From Candidatus Omnitrophota bacterium (GTDB lineage: Bacteria; Omnitrophota; Gorgyraeia; Gygaellales; Profunditerraquicolaceae), in contig JBAZKK010000004.1 in the NCBI GenBank assembly GCA_041650795.1, forward strand, positions 3,277 through 67,276: a stretch of DNA of 64,000 nt, given 5' to 3'. The notes under the pieces are model-generated. The model was given only the letters and a program-made list of their open reading frames with translations. It had not been told where the DNA came from and made no database searches. The position numbers were made by a program, and so were the translations under genes. Of this stretch, positions 1 through 8,880 are shown piece after piece; positions within the stretch are counted from its first letter, which is position 1; every line of letters begins with the position of its first letter.

Positions 1-14
1 GCGCGCTCAAGGGC

Positions 15-1049
15 ATGGCTTCTTCCCTGGATCCCTACAGCCAGTTCCTTGACCCTGACAGCTATAATGAGCTTAAGATTGATACCGAGGGAAGATTCGG
101 GGGGATAGGCATTGAGATTACCATCAAAGACGGCATCCTGACCGTGATAACGCCTATCGAGGATACGCCTGCCTGGAAGGCCGGACTTAAGCCAGGCGAC
201 GGCATCGTCAAGATTAATGATGAGCTCACCCGCGATATGCCCCTTACGGAAGCAGTCAAGAGGCTAAGGGGCAGGCCCGGCGAGGCAGTCCATATCACGG
301 TGTTGCGCGATTCAGAGAAGAAGCTATTGGAATTTAAGATTGTGCGCTCCGTCATCAAGATCAAGGATATCAAAGAGGCGAGGATTCTTACGGACCGCAT
401 CGGATACATCCGCTTGGCGGAATTCAGGGAAACTACCCCTAAGGATTTTGACCTTGCGCTGGAAAGGCTAAAAAAGGAAGGGGTGACAGGGCTGATCCTG
501 GACCTGCGCAATAATCCCGGAGGCCTGCTGGACGTCTCGGTCAATATTACCGAGAAATTCATCGACAGCGACAAGCTTATCATCTCCACCAGGGGGCGCG
601 CCCCTTCCTCTAATATGGAGTTTTTTTCGCATTCAAAAAAGCCGCTCCTGGAGCTACCTATGGTGATTTTGATTAACGAGGGTTCGGCCTCCGGCAGCGA
701 GATTGTAGCGGCGGCATTGAAGGATTACAAGCGCGCCATCATCTTAGGCACCAAGTCCTTCGGCAAGGGGTCGGTCCAGACACTTATACCTTTATCCGGC
801 GGCTCTGCCTTGCGCCTGACCACCGCCCGTTATTTTACCCCTTCCGGAAAACAGATTAACAACAAAGGCGTAGAGCCGGATATTGTAGTGGAGAATGTTT
901 CTTCCCAGGCAAAGGACAGGGAAGGAATAGTTGAGGAGAGGCTCCCCGTTAAATTTGATTACAAATCCGACACCCAGATTATGCGCGCGATAGATGTTTT
1001 AAAAGCCGTGAGGCTATACCAGGGTAATCAAGCCAAGAGCGCCCCGTAA
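15..1049 (+). CDS. Carboxyl-terminal (tail-specific) processing protease, S41 family with PDZ domain; probably truncated at its 5' end by the window edge
   Basis: PDZ-like segment (GGIGIEI...DGILTVITPIEDTPAWKAGLKPGDGIVKIND) followed by an S41 catalytic region (LDLRNNPGG, SASGSEIVAAAL, GTKSFGKG). Confidence 0.85.
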   Translation: MASSLDPYSQFLDPDSYNELKIDTEGRFGGIGIEITIKDGILTVITPIEDTPAWKAGLKPGDGIVKINDELTRDMPLTEAVKRLRGRPGEAVHITVLRDSEKKLLEFKIVRSVIKIKDIKEARILTDRIGYIRLAEFRETTPKDFDLALERLKKEGVTGLILDLRNNPGGLLDVSVNITEKFIDSDKLIISTRGRAPSSNMEFFSHSKKPLLELPMVILINEGSASGSEIVAAALKDYKRAIILGTKSFGKGSVQTLIPLSGGSALRLTTARYFTPSGKQINNKGVEPDIVVENVSSQAKDREGIVEERLPVKFDYKSDTQIMRAIDVLKAVRLYQGNQAKSAP

Positions 1050-1065
1050 CGCCGGTCTTACACCC

Positions 1066-1848
1066 ATGAAAAAACACAACGTTATTATCCTAATCCTTTC
1101 CGTAATCCTGGCTATTGAGACTATCTTGTCGGTTTGCATGTTTATCCGCAGGCCAAAAAAGGCATCCTTGCCCGCGCATCCTGCCGTTTCCAAGGGAAGG
1201 ATCGCCATTGTCCTTGACGACTGGGGTTATAATACCCATAACCTCGTCATGCTCGATGGCATAAAATACCGTCTTACTTTTTCCGTCCTGCCGGGATTGC
1301 GTTATTCGGCTTTTCTCTCGCGCGAACTTAACCGCCGCGGGTTTGAGGTAATCCTGCACCTGCCGATGGAGCCTCACGAAGCCTATAATCTTGAGAAGGA
1401 CACCGTTCTTGCCTCCATGGACGACGGCCGGATACGCAGCATTGTGGATGCTGACCTCAATGGCCTTGCCGGAGTAAAAGGTGTATCTAATCATATGGGT
1501 TCGCGTGCTACCGAAGACTACCGGGTTATGTCCGGTGTATTCCGGGAATTAAAGAAGAGGCATCTCTATTTCCTGGATAGTTTTGTTTCTTCCGCTTCAG
1601 TCTGCCGCCGGGCTGCCGCCGATACCGGCATTAGTTTCGCGGAGAGGGATGTTTTCCTGGATAATGAAGAGAACCCCGCTTATATCAGGGCCCAGCTTAT
1701 GCATCTGGCAAACCGCGCCAGGGCGCAGGGGTATGCCGTGGGAATCGGCCATGACCGCAGGAACACCATTAAGGTCCTCAAAGAAATGATGCCGCAGCTG
1801 GCTCAAGAGGGATTCCGTTTTGTCTTTGTATCGGAGGTAGCGCGCTGA
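1066..1848 (+). CDS. Divergent polysaccharide deacetylase family protein (YibQ-like), N-terminal membrane anchor
   Basis: N-terminal TM helix; IAIVLDDWGYN...GVSNHMGS motif region typical of the divergent polysaccharide deacetylase fold. Confidence 0.55.
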   Translation: MKKHNVIILILSVILAIETILSVCMFIRRPKKASLPAHPAVSKGRIAIVLDDWGYNTHNLVMLDGIKYRLTFSVLPGLRYSAFLSRELNRRGFEVILHLPMEPHEAYNLEKDTVLASMDDGRIRSIVDADLNGLAGVKGVSNHMGSRATEDYRVMSGVFRELKKRHLYFLDSFVSSASVCRRAAADTGISFAERDVFLDNEENPAYIRAQLMHLANRARAQGYAVGIGHDRRNTIKVLKEMMPQLAQEGFRFVFVSEVAR

Positions 1849-2822
1849 TGCATGTCCTTGGCATTGAGACGTCTTGCGACGAGACCTCGGCGGCAATAGT
1901 CAGGGGCGGCAGAAAAGTCCTTTCCAACGTTGTTTCTTCAAGCCTGTCGTTGCATTGTCGCTACGGCGGCGTTATCCCCGAGATTGCTTCCCGGATGCAG
2001 CTTGAGACTATCGCGGCGGTAACGGAGGCCGCTTTTAAAAAGGCGGCAGTGGGGTTAAACGACATAGACGCCATCAGCGTAACATCCGGCCCGGGATTGC
2101 TGGGTTCGCTTCTGGTAGGCATTTCTTTTTCCAGGGCACTCGGCCTTTCCGCTGCAATCCCCGTCCTGGAAGTCAACCATCTTATGAGCCACATCTACGC
2201 CGTCTTTCTAAATTCCTCAAAGGTCCCGGCCCTGCCGTTTGTAGCCCTGGTTGTTTCAGGCGGGCATACGAGCCTTTTTCATGTAACAGGTTTTGGCGCA
2301 GCCGAAGAACTCGGCCATACCCGGGATGATGCCTGCGGAGAGGCCTTTGACAAGGTAGCCAAGCTTCTGGGGTTAGCTTACCCCGGAGGTCCGCTGATTG
2401 AGAAGATTGCCTCCAAAGGAGACTGCCGGCGGATAAAATTCAACTGTTCGGATACCCGCCAGCCGCTGGATTTCAGCTTCAGCGGCATCAAGACTGCAGT
2501 GATGTATTTAGTGCGGAAAAAGAAGGAGCTGGCCCCTAAGGAAAAGCGGGATATCGCCGCTTCTTTCCAGGAGGCTGTTTTTGGCGTCCTGGTTGATAAA
2601 GCTATATCTGCCTGCCGGATGCAAGGAGCAAAAAACTTAGTAGTTGCCGGAGGCGTAGCAGCCAACAGCAGGCTGCGGGAGAAATTTATTTTTTCCTGCC
2701 GCCAGGCAGGCGTGGGTTGTTATTTCCCCGCGCCTTCGCTCTGCACTGATAATGCCGCGATGGTGGCGGGACTGGGCTGCCGGATTTTTAAGGAAGGCGG
2801 GAAAGGAGCGGTGTATGCTTAG
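1848..2822 (+). CDS. tsaD: tRNA N6-adenosine threonylcarbamoyltransferase TsaD (Kae1/YgjD family)
   Basis: N-terminus MHVLGIETSCDETSAAIV, HxxH-type metal motif (NHLMSHIYA); length 324 aa. Confidence 0.9.
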   Translation: MHVLGIETSCDETSAAIVRGGRKVLSNVVSSSLSLHCRYGGVIPEIASRMQLETIAAVTEAAFKKAAVGLNDIDAISVTSGPGLLGSLLVGISFSRALGLSAAIPVLEVNHLMSHIYAVFLNSSKVPALPFVALVVSGGHTSLFHVTGFGAAEELGHTRDDACGEAFDKVAKLLGLAYPGGPLIEKIASKGDCRRIKFNCSDTRQPLDFSFSGIKTAVMYLVRKKKELAPKEKRDIAASFQEAVFGVLVDKAISACRMQGAKNLVVAGGVAANSRLREKFIFSCRQAGVGCYFPAPSLCTDNAAMVAGLGCRIFKEGGKGAVYA

Positions 2823-3267
2823 CGAGGTTCAGATTATTCTACGTTTGCTGTTGTCGGCGCTATTAAGCGGTTTTATCGGGTTGGAACGCCAACTGCATCG
2901 CCGCACTGCGGGGTTGCGTACCCATATCCTGGTGAGCCTGGGGTCCTGCCTCATTATGTTGACATCGCTCTATATTTTTGATATATATAAAGATAAGGTC
3001 CCTTTAGACCCCGCGCGCGTTGCCGCAGGAGTGGTTACGGGGATCGGATTTTTGGGTGCCGGGGCTATCATCAGGGAAAGAGAGGGGATAAGAGGCCTGA
3101 CTACCGCAGCCAGCCTTTGGGTGGTCGCCGGCATTGGCCTGGCAGTGGGGTGCGGTTTTTACAGCGCTGCGATTTTTAGCAGCATCATCGTGCTGGCGGT
3201 GCTTTTATTCCTAAGGAAACTTGAAGGCGTGGCATTGGGCAAGCGCGAAGCTTCACGGCAGGAATAA
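2815..3267 (+). CDS. MgtC/SapB family membrane protein, short form lacking the usual C-terminal cytoplasmic domain
   Basis: LLLSALLSGFIGLERQ...GVVTGIGFLGAGAI MgtC signature; start moved to ATG 2815 (GGAG RBS 6 nt upstream); the earlier ORF-track start overlaps tsaD. Confidence 0.7.
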   Translation: MLSEVQIILRLLLSALLSGFIGLERQLHRRTAGLRTHILVSLGSCLIMLTSLYIFDIYKDKVPLDPARVAAGVVTGIGFLGAGAIIREREGIRGLTTAASLWVVAGIGLAVGCGFYSAAIFSSIIVLAVLLFLRKLEGVALGKREASRQE

Positions 3268-3280
3268 GGAGGTGCGAGAG

Positions 3281-3784
3281 ATGGCTTTTAAAAACAAGAA
3301 GGAAGATAAGATTCTGGACGTGGACGCCTCGATGCAGGGAAACCTTAGTTTTAGGGATCCGGTTAAGCTGCGCATCAACGGCAGATTTGAAGGTAACCTT
3401 GATACCAAGGGTAGCCTCACTATCGGGACCACCGCTAATATCCACGGAGACATCAGCGGCGATAACATCATTATCGGCGGAAGGGTCAAGGGTAAGGTGA
3501 TTGCCAAAGAGATGCTGACCCTCCTGCCTACCGCCATCGTGGAAGGGGACGTATTGCCGGCTAAATTGAACGTTGCGGAAGGGGCGATACTGGAAGGCAG
3601 GTGTTCAATGCTGCGCGATTTCCTGAACGCCGATGAGCTGGCGCGTTACCTTGAGGTGGACTTGAATGCCGTCATGGATTGGGCAAATAACGGCAAGGTC
3701 CCCGCGTCCAAAGACGGGGATAACTGGAGGTTTGAACGCAAGGCCATCGATTCCTGGATTGCTTCGGGAAAAATAGCTAAATAA
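3281..3784 (+). CDS. Bactofilin (polymer-forming cytoskeletal protein) fused to a C-terminal excisionase-type helix-turn-helix domain
   Basis: Bactofilin beta-helix repeats (GSLTIGTTANIHGDISGDNIIIGGRVKGKV...EGDVLPAKLNVAEGAILEGRC), then LNADELARYLEVDLNAVMDWANNGKVPA...RFERKAIDSWI HTH; GGAGG RBS before ATG 3281. Confidence 0.65.
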   Translation: MAFKNKKEDKILDVDASMQGNLSFRDPVKLRINGRFEGNLDTKGSLTIGTTANIHGDISGDNIIIGGRVKGKVIAKEMLTLLPTAIVEGDVLPAKLNVAEGAILEGRCSMLRDFLNADELARYLEVDLNAVMDWANNGKVPASKDGDNWRFERKAIDSWIASGKIAK

Positions 3785-3785
3785 G

Positions 3786-4097
3786 ATGCCGGAAGAAAAA
3801 CTCCTTACCGTCAGGGAAGTAGCTTCATTTTTGGGTATCTCCGAGAAGGAGGCAATTACGCTCTCGGAAGACGGGCTGCTGCCTACCTATAAAATCGCCG
3901 GGGTATACCTTAGGTTTAAACGCCAGGAGGTAGAGGAGTTCAGGAAGAATTCCCGGCATATCCCCCGCAGGTCCAAAACGGAAAGAAGCGCATCCTTCAG
4001 GGAAATGCTGGGGGATTTTTTTTACTTCAATGATTTTTACATCATTGCCGGGGTGCTTATCATAGCCCTGTTTTTTATAATCCTGCAGAAATATTGA
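3786..4097 (+). CDS. Small excisionase-type HTH DNA-binding protein with C-terminal transmembrane anchor
   Basis: LLTVREVASFLGISEKEAITLSEDGLLPTYKIAGVYLRFKRQEVEEF resembles the HTH tail of the upstream gene; C-terminal hydrophobic helix IIAGVLIIALFFIIL. Confidence 0.55.
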   Translation: MPEEKLLTVREVASFLGISEKEAITLSEDGLLPTYKIAGVYLRFKRQEVEEFRKNSRHIPRRSKTERSASFREMLGDFFYFNDFYIIAGVLIIALFFIILQKY

Positions 4098-4102
4098 GCC
4101 AG

Positions 4103-4774
4103 ATGCCCGCACCTAAACCCGTTTCCTGCCATTTGGGATTTGCCAACCTTGACCTTGGGCGCCAGGCGCGCCGGGGTTTTGCAGAGGCCGTATATTGCCC
4201 GGGCAAGAGCAGGGAGCAGATAAAAAAGATTGCGCAGGCATTGCTTAGGCACGGGCAGGAGCTGTTGCTTACCAGGCTTGATAAGGATATATACGCTTAT
4301 CTTGCGAGGTCCTTGCCGGCCTTAAGATATAACCGCCTTGCGCGCCTCGGATATATTGCCAGGAAACCCCGGCGCCTTAAGCCCGGCGTAGTGGCGGTAA
4401 TATCCGCCGGGACGTCGGACCAGCCGGTCGCAGAAGAGGCAGCGGCAACCTTAGAGGCAATGGGTAATAAGGTAGAGCGCTTTTACGACGTAGGGGTTGC
4501 GGGGGTCCACCGCCTGATGAGCTGCCTGGATGAAATCAGGAGAGCCAGGGTTATAGTGGTAGCGGCAGGGATGGAGGGGGCGCTGGCGAGTATCGTTAGC
4601 GGCCTGGTTAGCTCTCCCGTAGTTGCCGTGCCTACCAGCTGCGGTTACGGCGCCAACTTCGGCGGACTCTCTTCGCTGTTGACAATGCTTAATTCCTGCT
4701 CGCCCGGCGTTGCGGTGGTGAATATCGATAACGGCTTCGGGGCGGGGTATCTGGCCAGCCTTATCAATCGCTAA
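4103..4774 (+). CDS. larB: Nickel-pincer nucleotide cofactor biosynthesis protein LarB (pyridinium-3,5-biscarboxylic acid mononucleotide synthase; PurE-like)
   Basis: FANLDLGRQARRGFAEAVYCPGK...VVAVISAGTSDQPVAEEAA...VVAAGMEGALASIVSGLV...LNSCSPGVAVVNIDNGFGAGY closely matches my recollection of LarB-specific motifs. Confidence 0.8.
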   Translation: MPAPKPVSCHLGFANLDLGRQARRGFAEAVYCPGKSREQIKKIAQALLRHGQELLLTRLDKDIYAYLARSLPALRYNRLARLGYIARKPRRLKPGVVAVISAGTSDQPVAEEAAATLEAMGNKVERFYDVGVAGVHRLMSCLDEIRRARVIVVAAGMEGALASIVSGLVSSPVVAVPTSCGYGANFGGLSSLLTMLNSCSPGVAVVNIDNGFGAGYLASLINR

Positions 4775-4799
4775 AGAAAGGAAGGTTTTTTAGACGGCT

Positions 4800-6131
4800 A
4801 TGGCTCTTTCCGGACTGGATATTTATAAACTTTTACCGAAAACCAACTGCCGGGAATGCGGTTTCCCTACCTGCCTGGCTTTTGCAATGCAGTTGGCAAA
4901 AAAGGCGGTAGGCATTGCGAAATGCCCGTATTTAAGCCAGAGGTCCAGGGAGGCGCTGGAGGCTTCTGCCCAGCCCCCCATCCGGCTGGTTAGTATCGGA
5001 GAAGGTAGCGGCAGGCTGGAGGTAGGCAATGAGGCCGTGCTTTTCAGGCACGAAGAGAAATTCCATCACCCCTGCGGATTGGGTTTTATTATAGAGGACA
5101 GTCTTTCGGATAGCCAGATCAGCGAAAGGCTTCAGCATATCAATAAAATGGAATTTGAAAGGGTGGGGCAGGTTCTCAAGGTGGACCTGGTCGCCGTAAG
5201 GCAGAACGCAGGGGCCGAAAGGTTTGCAGCGGCCGTGAGATTAATTTCCGCAAAAACCAAACTCGCCCTGGTTCTGATGAGCAATGACCCCAAAGCGCTT
5301 AAGGCAGCCCTGGGCGTGCTCGAGGATAGGAAACCCTTGATTTATTGTGCCAACAAAGATAATCTCGCGGAGTTTGCCGCGCTTGCCAGGGATTCCAAGG
5401 CAGCGCTGGCAGTTTCCGCCCCTGATCTTGATACCCTTTCAGGGCTCACCGCGGAATTAAAGAAGCAGGGGGTAGAGGATTTAATCCTGGATATCAATGC
5501 CGCGGCTTCTTCAGAGAGGCTCTGGGAATTAACGCAGTCAAGGAGGCAGGCCCTTAAAAAATCCAACCGCAGCTTAGGATATCCGGCTATTGTGGTTATT
5601 GACGAAGAAGACCCTTGCGAGGAGATAATAGAAGCAGCCGCCTGTATCGCCAAATACGCGGGGATAATCTTAATAAAAGGGGTAGAGTCCTGGCAGATTC
5701 TTTCGCTGCTTACCCTGCGGCAGAATATTTATACCGACCCCCAGAAGCCGTTGCAGATTGAGCCTAAGCTTTACAGCGTAGGGCAGGCCGATGAGAAATC
5801 GCCGCTTCTGGTTACCACTAATTTCTCCTTGAGTTATTATACCGTGCTGGGCGAAGTAGAGGCGAGCAAGATCCCCAGCTATATCCTGAGCGTTGATACC
5901 GAGGGGATGTCGGTGCTGACCGCCTGGGCGGCAGAGAAGTTCACGCCCGAGAGGATCGCGGAAACGCTGGAGAAACTTACGGTCAAAGAGGCCGTCAAGC
6001 ATAACAGCCTCATCATACCCGGTTACGTTGCGGTGATAAGCGGTGACCTGCAGGAGAAATCGGGATGGCGGGTTATCGTAGGCCCTAAGGAAGCAGCCGG
6101 TATCCCGTCGTTTCTGAAGAATCTGCAATAA
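4800..6131 (+). CDS. acsC: Corrinoid iron-sulfur protein large subunit (AcsC/CdhE, gamma subunit of acetyl-CoA decarbonylase/synthase)
   Basis: N-terminal [4Fe-4S] motif LPKTNCRECGFPTCLAFAMQLAKK...CPY; 443 aa, typical for AcsC; followed by acsD and acsE. Confidence 0.85.
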   Translation: MALSGLDIYKLLPKTNCRECGFPTCLAFAMQLAKKAVGIAKCPYLSQRSREALEASAQPPIRLVSIGEGSGRLEVGNEAVLFRHEEKFHHPCGLGFIIEDSLSDSQISERLQHINKMEFERVGQVLKVDLVAVRQNAGAERFAAAVRLISAKTKLALVLMSNDPKALKAALGVLEDRKPLIYCANKDNLAEFAALARDSKAALAVSAPDLDTLSGLTAELKKQGVEDLILDINAAASSERLWELTQSRRQALKKSNRSLGYPAIVVIDEEDPCEEIIEAAACIAKYAGIILIKGVESWQILSLLTLRQNIYTDPQKPLQIEPKLYSVGQADEKSPLLVTTNFSLSYYTVLGEVEASKIPSYILSVDTEGMSVLTAWAAEKFTPERIAETLEKLTVKEAVKHNSLIIPGYVAVISGDLQEKSGWRVIVGPKEAAGIPSFLKNLQ

Positions 6132-8065
6132 TGGATAAATTCAAGGTAACATTCTATCCGGATAACAAGACCGTAGAGGTCAACAAAGACGCGACCATTT
6201 TGTCAGCCGCCCTCTCCGCTGGTATCTATATTAATTCTACCTGCGGCGGCAACGGCGTCTGCGGGAGGTGCAAGGTAATCCTTAGGAAAGGGAAGGCCCT
6301 GACCCAGCCCACGGGTATTATCAGCCTCCGCGAGAAGAAAAAGAATATCTATTTAGCCTGCCTGAGCGTAGTGCAGAGCGACCTGGAGGTTGACATACCC
6401 CGCGAGTCTCGGTTGAGCCTAGACGGCTTGACGCCGGAGGAGATGCATGCCAGGATAAAAGATATCTATTCCGAAATCGAAGAGGTCGAGCCGGCAAGGC
6501 CCGGGCCCTCAGGGGATATTTTTATGCCCTGCCCCTTAACAACCAAGGTTTACCTGGAGCTGCCAAAGCCCACCTTGGATGATAAGGTCAGCGATCTGGA
6601 GAGGATTTATCGGGAATTAAACCGCAGAAAAATCACCTTGACATCCGAAACCAGCCTGGCAAACATCAGGCAGCTCGGGGAGCTGTTACGCGCCGCAGAC
6701 TGGAAGGTAACGGTTACCATCGGCAAAAGGGAGGGTGCCGGAGAAATCCTATTGATAGAGCCACAGGATAGCTCGTCCCGGAATTTCGGATTTTGTTTTG
6801 ATATCGGCACCACCACCGTCACCGGGCAGCTGGTGGACCTTAACGCCGGAAAGATAATCGGCACCAAGTCTACCTATAACAGGCAGATCAGCTTTGGCAG
6901 CGATATAATTACGCGTATCATCTATGCCAAGGATGAGGAGGGGCTGGAGAAGCTGCACCTGGCAGTGGTGGACTGTATTGACCAGATTATCAAGGAGCTG
7001 GTTGGCGAGCACGGCGTGGATTTAAATGACGTGACCTCCTTGGCGGCAGCAGGCAATACCACCATGGTTCACTTGCTTTTATCTATAGACCCGACCCATA
7101 TCCGCAGGGAGCCGTATGTCTCAACCGCGAATTTTACTCCTACTATCAGGGCTTCGGAGATCGGGATACGCATTAACCCCCGAGGCATCCTGGTTTGCGT
7201 GCCCGGGGTAGCCAGCTACGTAGGAGGAGATGTTACCTCCGGGGTGTTGTCCTGCGGCCTGGAGAAAGAAGAGGATTTAAGCATTCTGATAGATATCGGC
7301 ACTAACGGGGAGATTGTGCTTGGAAACCGCGAATTCCTGATATCTTCCGCTGCCTCTGCCGGCCCGGCGTTCGAGGGCTCGGGGGTAAGCTCAGGGATGC
7401 GCGCAGCCAAAGGCGCGATCCAGAATGTTAAGATCGAACCTTCACGCCTGGGCGTTACATACGATACTATCGCTAATGCCGCTCCCCGCGGGATATGCGG
7501 CTCGGGCTACATTGATATCCTTTCAGAGATGCTGAAATCCGGCATCCTTGATAAGAGCGGCAAGATCCGCGATATCGAGCATAAACGCATCCGCGAAGGT
7601 GAGTATGGCAGGGAGTTCGTAATAGTTTTTAAGGACGAGTCAGAGACCGGCTCGGACATCGTTATCAATGAGGCGGACATCGATAATCTTAAGCGCGCCA
7701 AGGCCGCGGTGTATTCGGCTGCCGCCAGCCTTCTTGGGCACGTGGGTTTTAGTTTCAAGGATGTAAAGAAGTTTTTTATCGCAGGAGGATTCGGCACCTG
7801 CCTTGACGTAGATAAGGCAGTGGACATCGGGCTCCTGCCGGATTTGGAGCGCAGGCGTTTCATATTCGTGGGGAATAGTTCGCTTGCCGGAGCGCGCCAG
7901 TCGCTTTTATCTTATCAGGCCCTGGCAAAAGCGGAGGAGATTGCCAGGAAGATTACCTATTTTGAATTATCCGTAGAGCCGGGGTATATGCAGGAGTATA
8001 TGGCAGCCTTGTTCTTTCCTCATACTGACTTGAAGCTTTTCCCCAGCGTAAAATATAAAGGTTAG
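6131..8065 (+). CDS. Reductive activator of corrinoid Fe-S protein (RACo/AcsV): [2Fe-2S] ferredoxin domain plus ASKHA ATPase domain
   Basis: N-terminal plant-type ferredoxin (CGGNGVCGRCKV), large ASKHA/DUF4445-like body; 644 aa; located between acsC and acsD as in known acs clusters. Confidence 0.8.
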   Translation: MDKFKVTFYPDNKTVEVNKDATILSAALSAGIYINSTCGGNGVCGRCKVILRKGKALTQPTGIISLREKKKNIYLACLSVVQSDLEVDIPRESRLSLDGLTPEEMHARIKDIYSEIEEVEPARPGPSGDIFMPCPLTTKVYLELPKPTLDDKVSDLERIYRELNRRKITLTSETSLANIRQLGELLRAADWKVTVTIGKREGAGEILLIEPQDSSSRNFGFCFDIGTTTVTGQLVDLNAGKIIGTKSTYNRQISFGSDIITRIIYAKDEEGLEKLHLAVVDCIDQIIKELVGEHGVDLNDVTSLAAAGNTTMVHLLLSIDPTHIRREPYVSTANFTPTIRASEIGIRINPRGILVCVPGVASYVGGDVTSGVLSCGLEKEEDLSILIDIGTNGEIVLGNREFLISSAASAGPAFEGSGVSSGMRAAKGAIQNVKIEPSRLGVTYDTIANAAPRGICGSGYIDILSEMLKSGILDKSGKIRDIEHKRIREGEYGREFVIVFKDESETGSDIVINEADIDNLKRAKAAVYSAAASLLGHVGFSFKDVKKFFIAGGFGTCLDVDKAVDIGLLPDLERRRFIFVGNSSLAGARQSLLSYQALAKAEEIARKITYFELSVEPGYMQEYMAALFFPHTDLKLFPSVKYKG

Positions 8066-8067
8066 GG

Positions 8068-8832
8068 ATGGGCAGCGTAATCGCGGTTGCGGGTAAGGGC
8101 GGCAGCGGCAAGACTACCGTTTCCGCTTTGCTGGTAAGGTTGATACGTGAGGCTAAAACATCCTCTTCGGTGTTGGCAATAGATGCCGACCCTAATTCCA
8201 ACCTCGCCGAGGTGCTGGGGGTTAAGCCCGCGAAATCAATAGGTTCCGTTTTAGACGGCATTGCCCAGGATCCTTCCCGTATCCCATCGGGTATGCCGAA
8301 GGAAAGGTATATTGAATACGAGCTGCAGACGGCGATAGAAGAAGCGGGCGGTTTCGACATCCTGACCATGGGCAGGCCGGAAGGGCCGGGCTGTTACTGT
8401 TATGTTAATAATGTGCTGCGCAATATCATGGCCGGCCTCATCCGGGATTACGATTATGTTATTATAGATAACGAAGCCGGGTTGGAGCATCTTTCGCGCC
8501 GCACCACCCGTAGCGCTGACGTATTCCTGGTTATTTCTGACCCTACGCCGGTAGGGCTAAGGGCTGCTCAAAGGATTATTGAGTTGGCAGAGGAGTTAAG
8601 GATTGCGGCCGCAAAAAAGTTGTTAATCATCAACCGCGCCTTGCTCAAAGAAAGATGCCGGGCAGCTAGTAATAGGCAAAAATTTATGAGAGGCGAAGCG
8701 GATTTTCTAGGCTATCTGCCGCAGGATAACCGTCTGGCAGGTTTGAGCCTAAACGGCAGCCCGCTTACGCAGCTTAGAGACGATTCCGTTTCAATCTCGG
8801 CAATGCGCAGGCTCATGGATAAAATATTATAA
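8068..8832 (+). CDS. cooC: CO dehydrogenase/ACS nickel-insertion ATPase CooC/AcsF
   Basis: Deviant Walker A AVAGKGGSGKTT, CooC-type CxC motif (GPGCYCYVNN). Confidence 0.85.
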   Translation: MGSVIAVAGKGGSGKTTVSALLVRLIREAKTSSSVLAIDADPNSNLAEVLGVKPAKSIGSVLDGIAQDPSRIPSGMPKERYIEYELQTAIEEAGGFDILTMGRPEGPGCYCYVNNVLRNIMAGLIRDYDYVIIDNEAGLEHLSRRTTRSADVFLVISDPTPVGLRAAQRIIELAEELRIAAAKKLLIINRALLKERCRAASNRQKFMRGEADFLGYLPQDNRLAGLSLNGSPLTQLRDDSVSISAMRRLMDKIL

Positions 8833-8880
8833 ACCCCTACCCCGCGTTTAAAGCGGAGTGCAAGATAGAGTTTATAAAAT

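Noticed and set aside
2752-2814. Upstream extension of the MgtC ORF overlapping tsaD
   Set aside because: The extension (MPRWWRDWAAGFLRK...) lies in the tsaD 3' end in another frame. An internal ATG at 2815 with a GGAG RBS gives a typical MgtC N-terminus.
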